A model generated the notes under the pieces. The model had not been told where the DNA came from. It ran no database searches and saw only the letters and a list, made by a program, of their open reading frames with translations. A stretch of 64,000 nucleotides of DNA from Lytechinus pictus. Lineage: Eukaryota. Positions 62,672 through 64,000 of the stretch are shown here, piece after piece (the first letter of the stretch is position 1; each line of letters opens with the position of its first letter). Made by a program: the position numbers and the translations under genes. Where the stretch lies: NCBI RefSeq assembly GCF_037042905.1, contig NC_087250.1:17114001-17178000 (forward strand), written 5' to 3'.

Positions 62672-63274
62672 AGGTCAAGTCCACCCCAGAAAATGTTGTT
62701 TTGAATAAATAGAGAAAAATCAAACTAGCATAATGCTGAAAATTTCATCAAAATCGGATGTAACATAAGAAAGTTATGACATTTGAAAGTTTCGCTTATT
62801 TTTCACAAAACAGTGATATGCACAACTCAGTGACATGCAAATGAGACAGACGATGCTGTCCCTCACTCACTTTTTCTTTTGTTTTTTATTGTTTGAATTA
62901 TACAATATTTCATTTTTTACAGATTTGACAAAAAGAACCAACTTGACTGAATCATATAATATTAATCAATGGTAATTCCACATGTTCAGGGAGGAATTAA
63001 TCGCTGTTTCACTTGACAATGAGGAGAAAATTAGAATATCTAATATTTCATGTAATAAAATACAAAAAAAAATAGTGAGTGGATGATATCACCAGTCTCC
63101 TCATTTGCATATCAACCAGGATGTGAATATAACTGTTTTGTGAAATTAAGCGAAACTTTAAAATGTCATAACTTTCTTATTTTACATCCGATATTGATGA
63201 AATTTTCAATGTTATGCTTGTTGGAATGTTCTCTTTTTATTCAAATCAACTTTTTGTTGGGTTGGACTTGTCCT
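62672..63274. mobile_element. Kolobok-like MITE family B, opposite orientation
   Basis: TTAA|AGGTCAAGTCCACCCC...GGGTTGGACTTGTCCT|TTAA. Confidence 0.87.
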
Positions 63275-64000
63275 TTAAATAAGAAGTGCATGTCACGGTT
63301 AGGCATTTCATCATCATTATGTCTTCATCGGCCTAACTATTTACGAATTCGTTGGAGGTGTACCGTGAACGCTTTTTAAAAGGAAATCAAACGACAGATA
63401 TTTTTTCATTCAATTTATCAGGAGCAAAATGAAACTGCACTATTCTCATTCATCATTTTATAACACTCCATTTTGCCTGGCTGGTTTTTTATCTCTAAAG
63501 TTTTGCCAGGTTTACCGATGCAAAAAGGAGGAAGAGTCAGCGGCGTAACAGGGGTCGGTGGCCAGGGGGGCAAGAGCCAAAAATATCCCGGTCATATCAT
63601 GGTATGAACAGGCGTAATGGTGTAATGAGGCGACTAATTTGAGAAGGCCAGATATTGCGTATCGGGCAGAATTTATCTTTAAAAAAAAAAGTTGCGAGCG
63701 AGCGAAGCGAGCGAGCAGAAATTTGGACCTTTTAAATACAAAAATCAAATTTTGTGATAGATTTTGACATGATATCCAGAGAATAATATATTTCACTCTT
63801 CTCTCTTTAGATTGCTTTTTTGTGGTCTGTATGCCACTGTGAAAAAAAAAAAAAAACGAGGGGCGCAGTATAGCACATGTGCTAAAAAGCTGCTTTATAT
63901 AAGTCTCGAGCGAGCGAAGCGAGCGAGAAAAAAATCACCTTTCCATGAGAATCTAACTTTGATCTATTTTTTTACATTATATTCAGTAAATAAATCATAT

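Overview
AT-rich, repeat-dense animal genomic DNA. The repeat repertoire (Deu-type SINE, CR1/L2/Crack LINEs, Kolobok-, Academ-, Harbinger- and Tc1-like MITEs) suggests a marine invertebrate deuterostome such as a sea urchin; this is inference. One host gene can be assembled on the + strand: a 4-exon CD225/dispanin (IFITM/PRRT1-like) gene, CDS 20786-20792 + 33368-33540 + 39219-39350 + 52438-52626, 166 aa, with phase-compatible GT-AG introns and an ISRE-like IRF site plus a C/EBP palindrome just upstream of the ATG. The rest is mobile DNA: a large nested fold-back element (1-9734) holding a 5'-truncated LINE with an intact RT ORF, two further TAG...CTA long-TIR elements, many MITEs, two SINEs, and a TG...CA-bounded tRNA-like unit with a UCA anticodon. 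Most notable: dense TA-duplicating micro-insertions (TACATGTA etc.) across the gene body that resemble transposon excision footprints, a 21-bp P-element-like footprint with a 7-bp TSD, a decayed in-frame duplicate of the last-exon start, a perfect 28-bp intronic hairpin, and TIR arrays built from RFX-, octamer- and YY1-like motifs. No prokaryotic systems are present. Superfamily calls rest on termini and TSDs read by eye, not on database searches.
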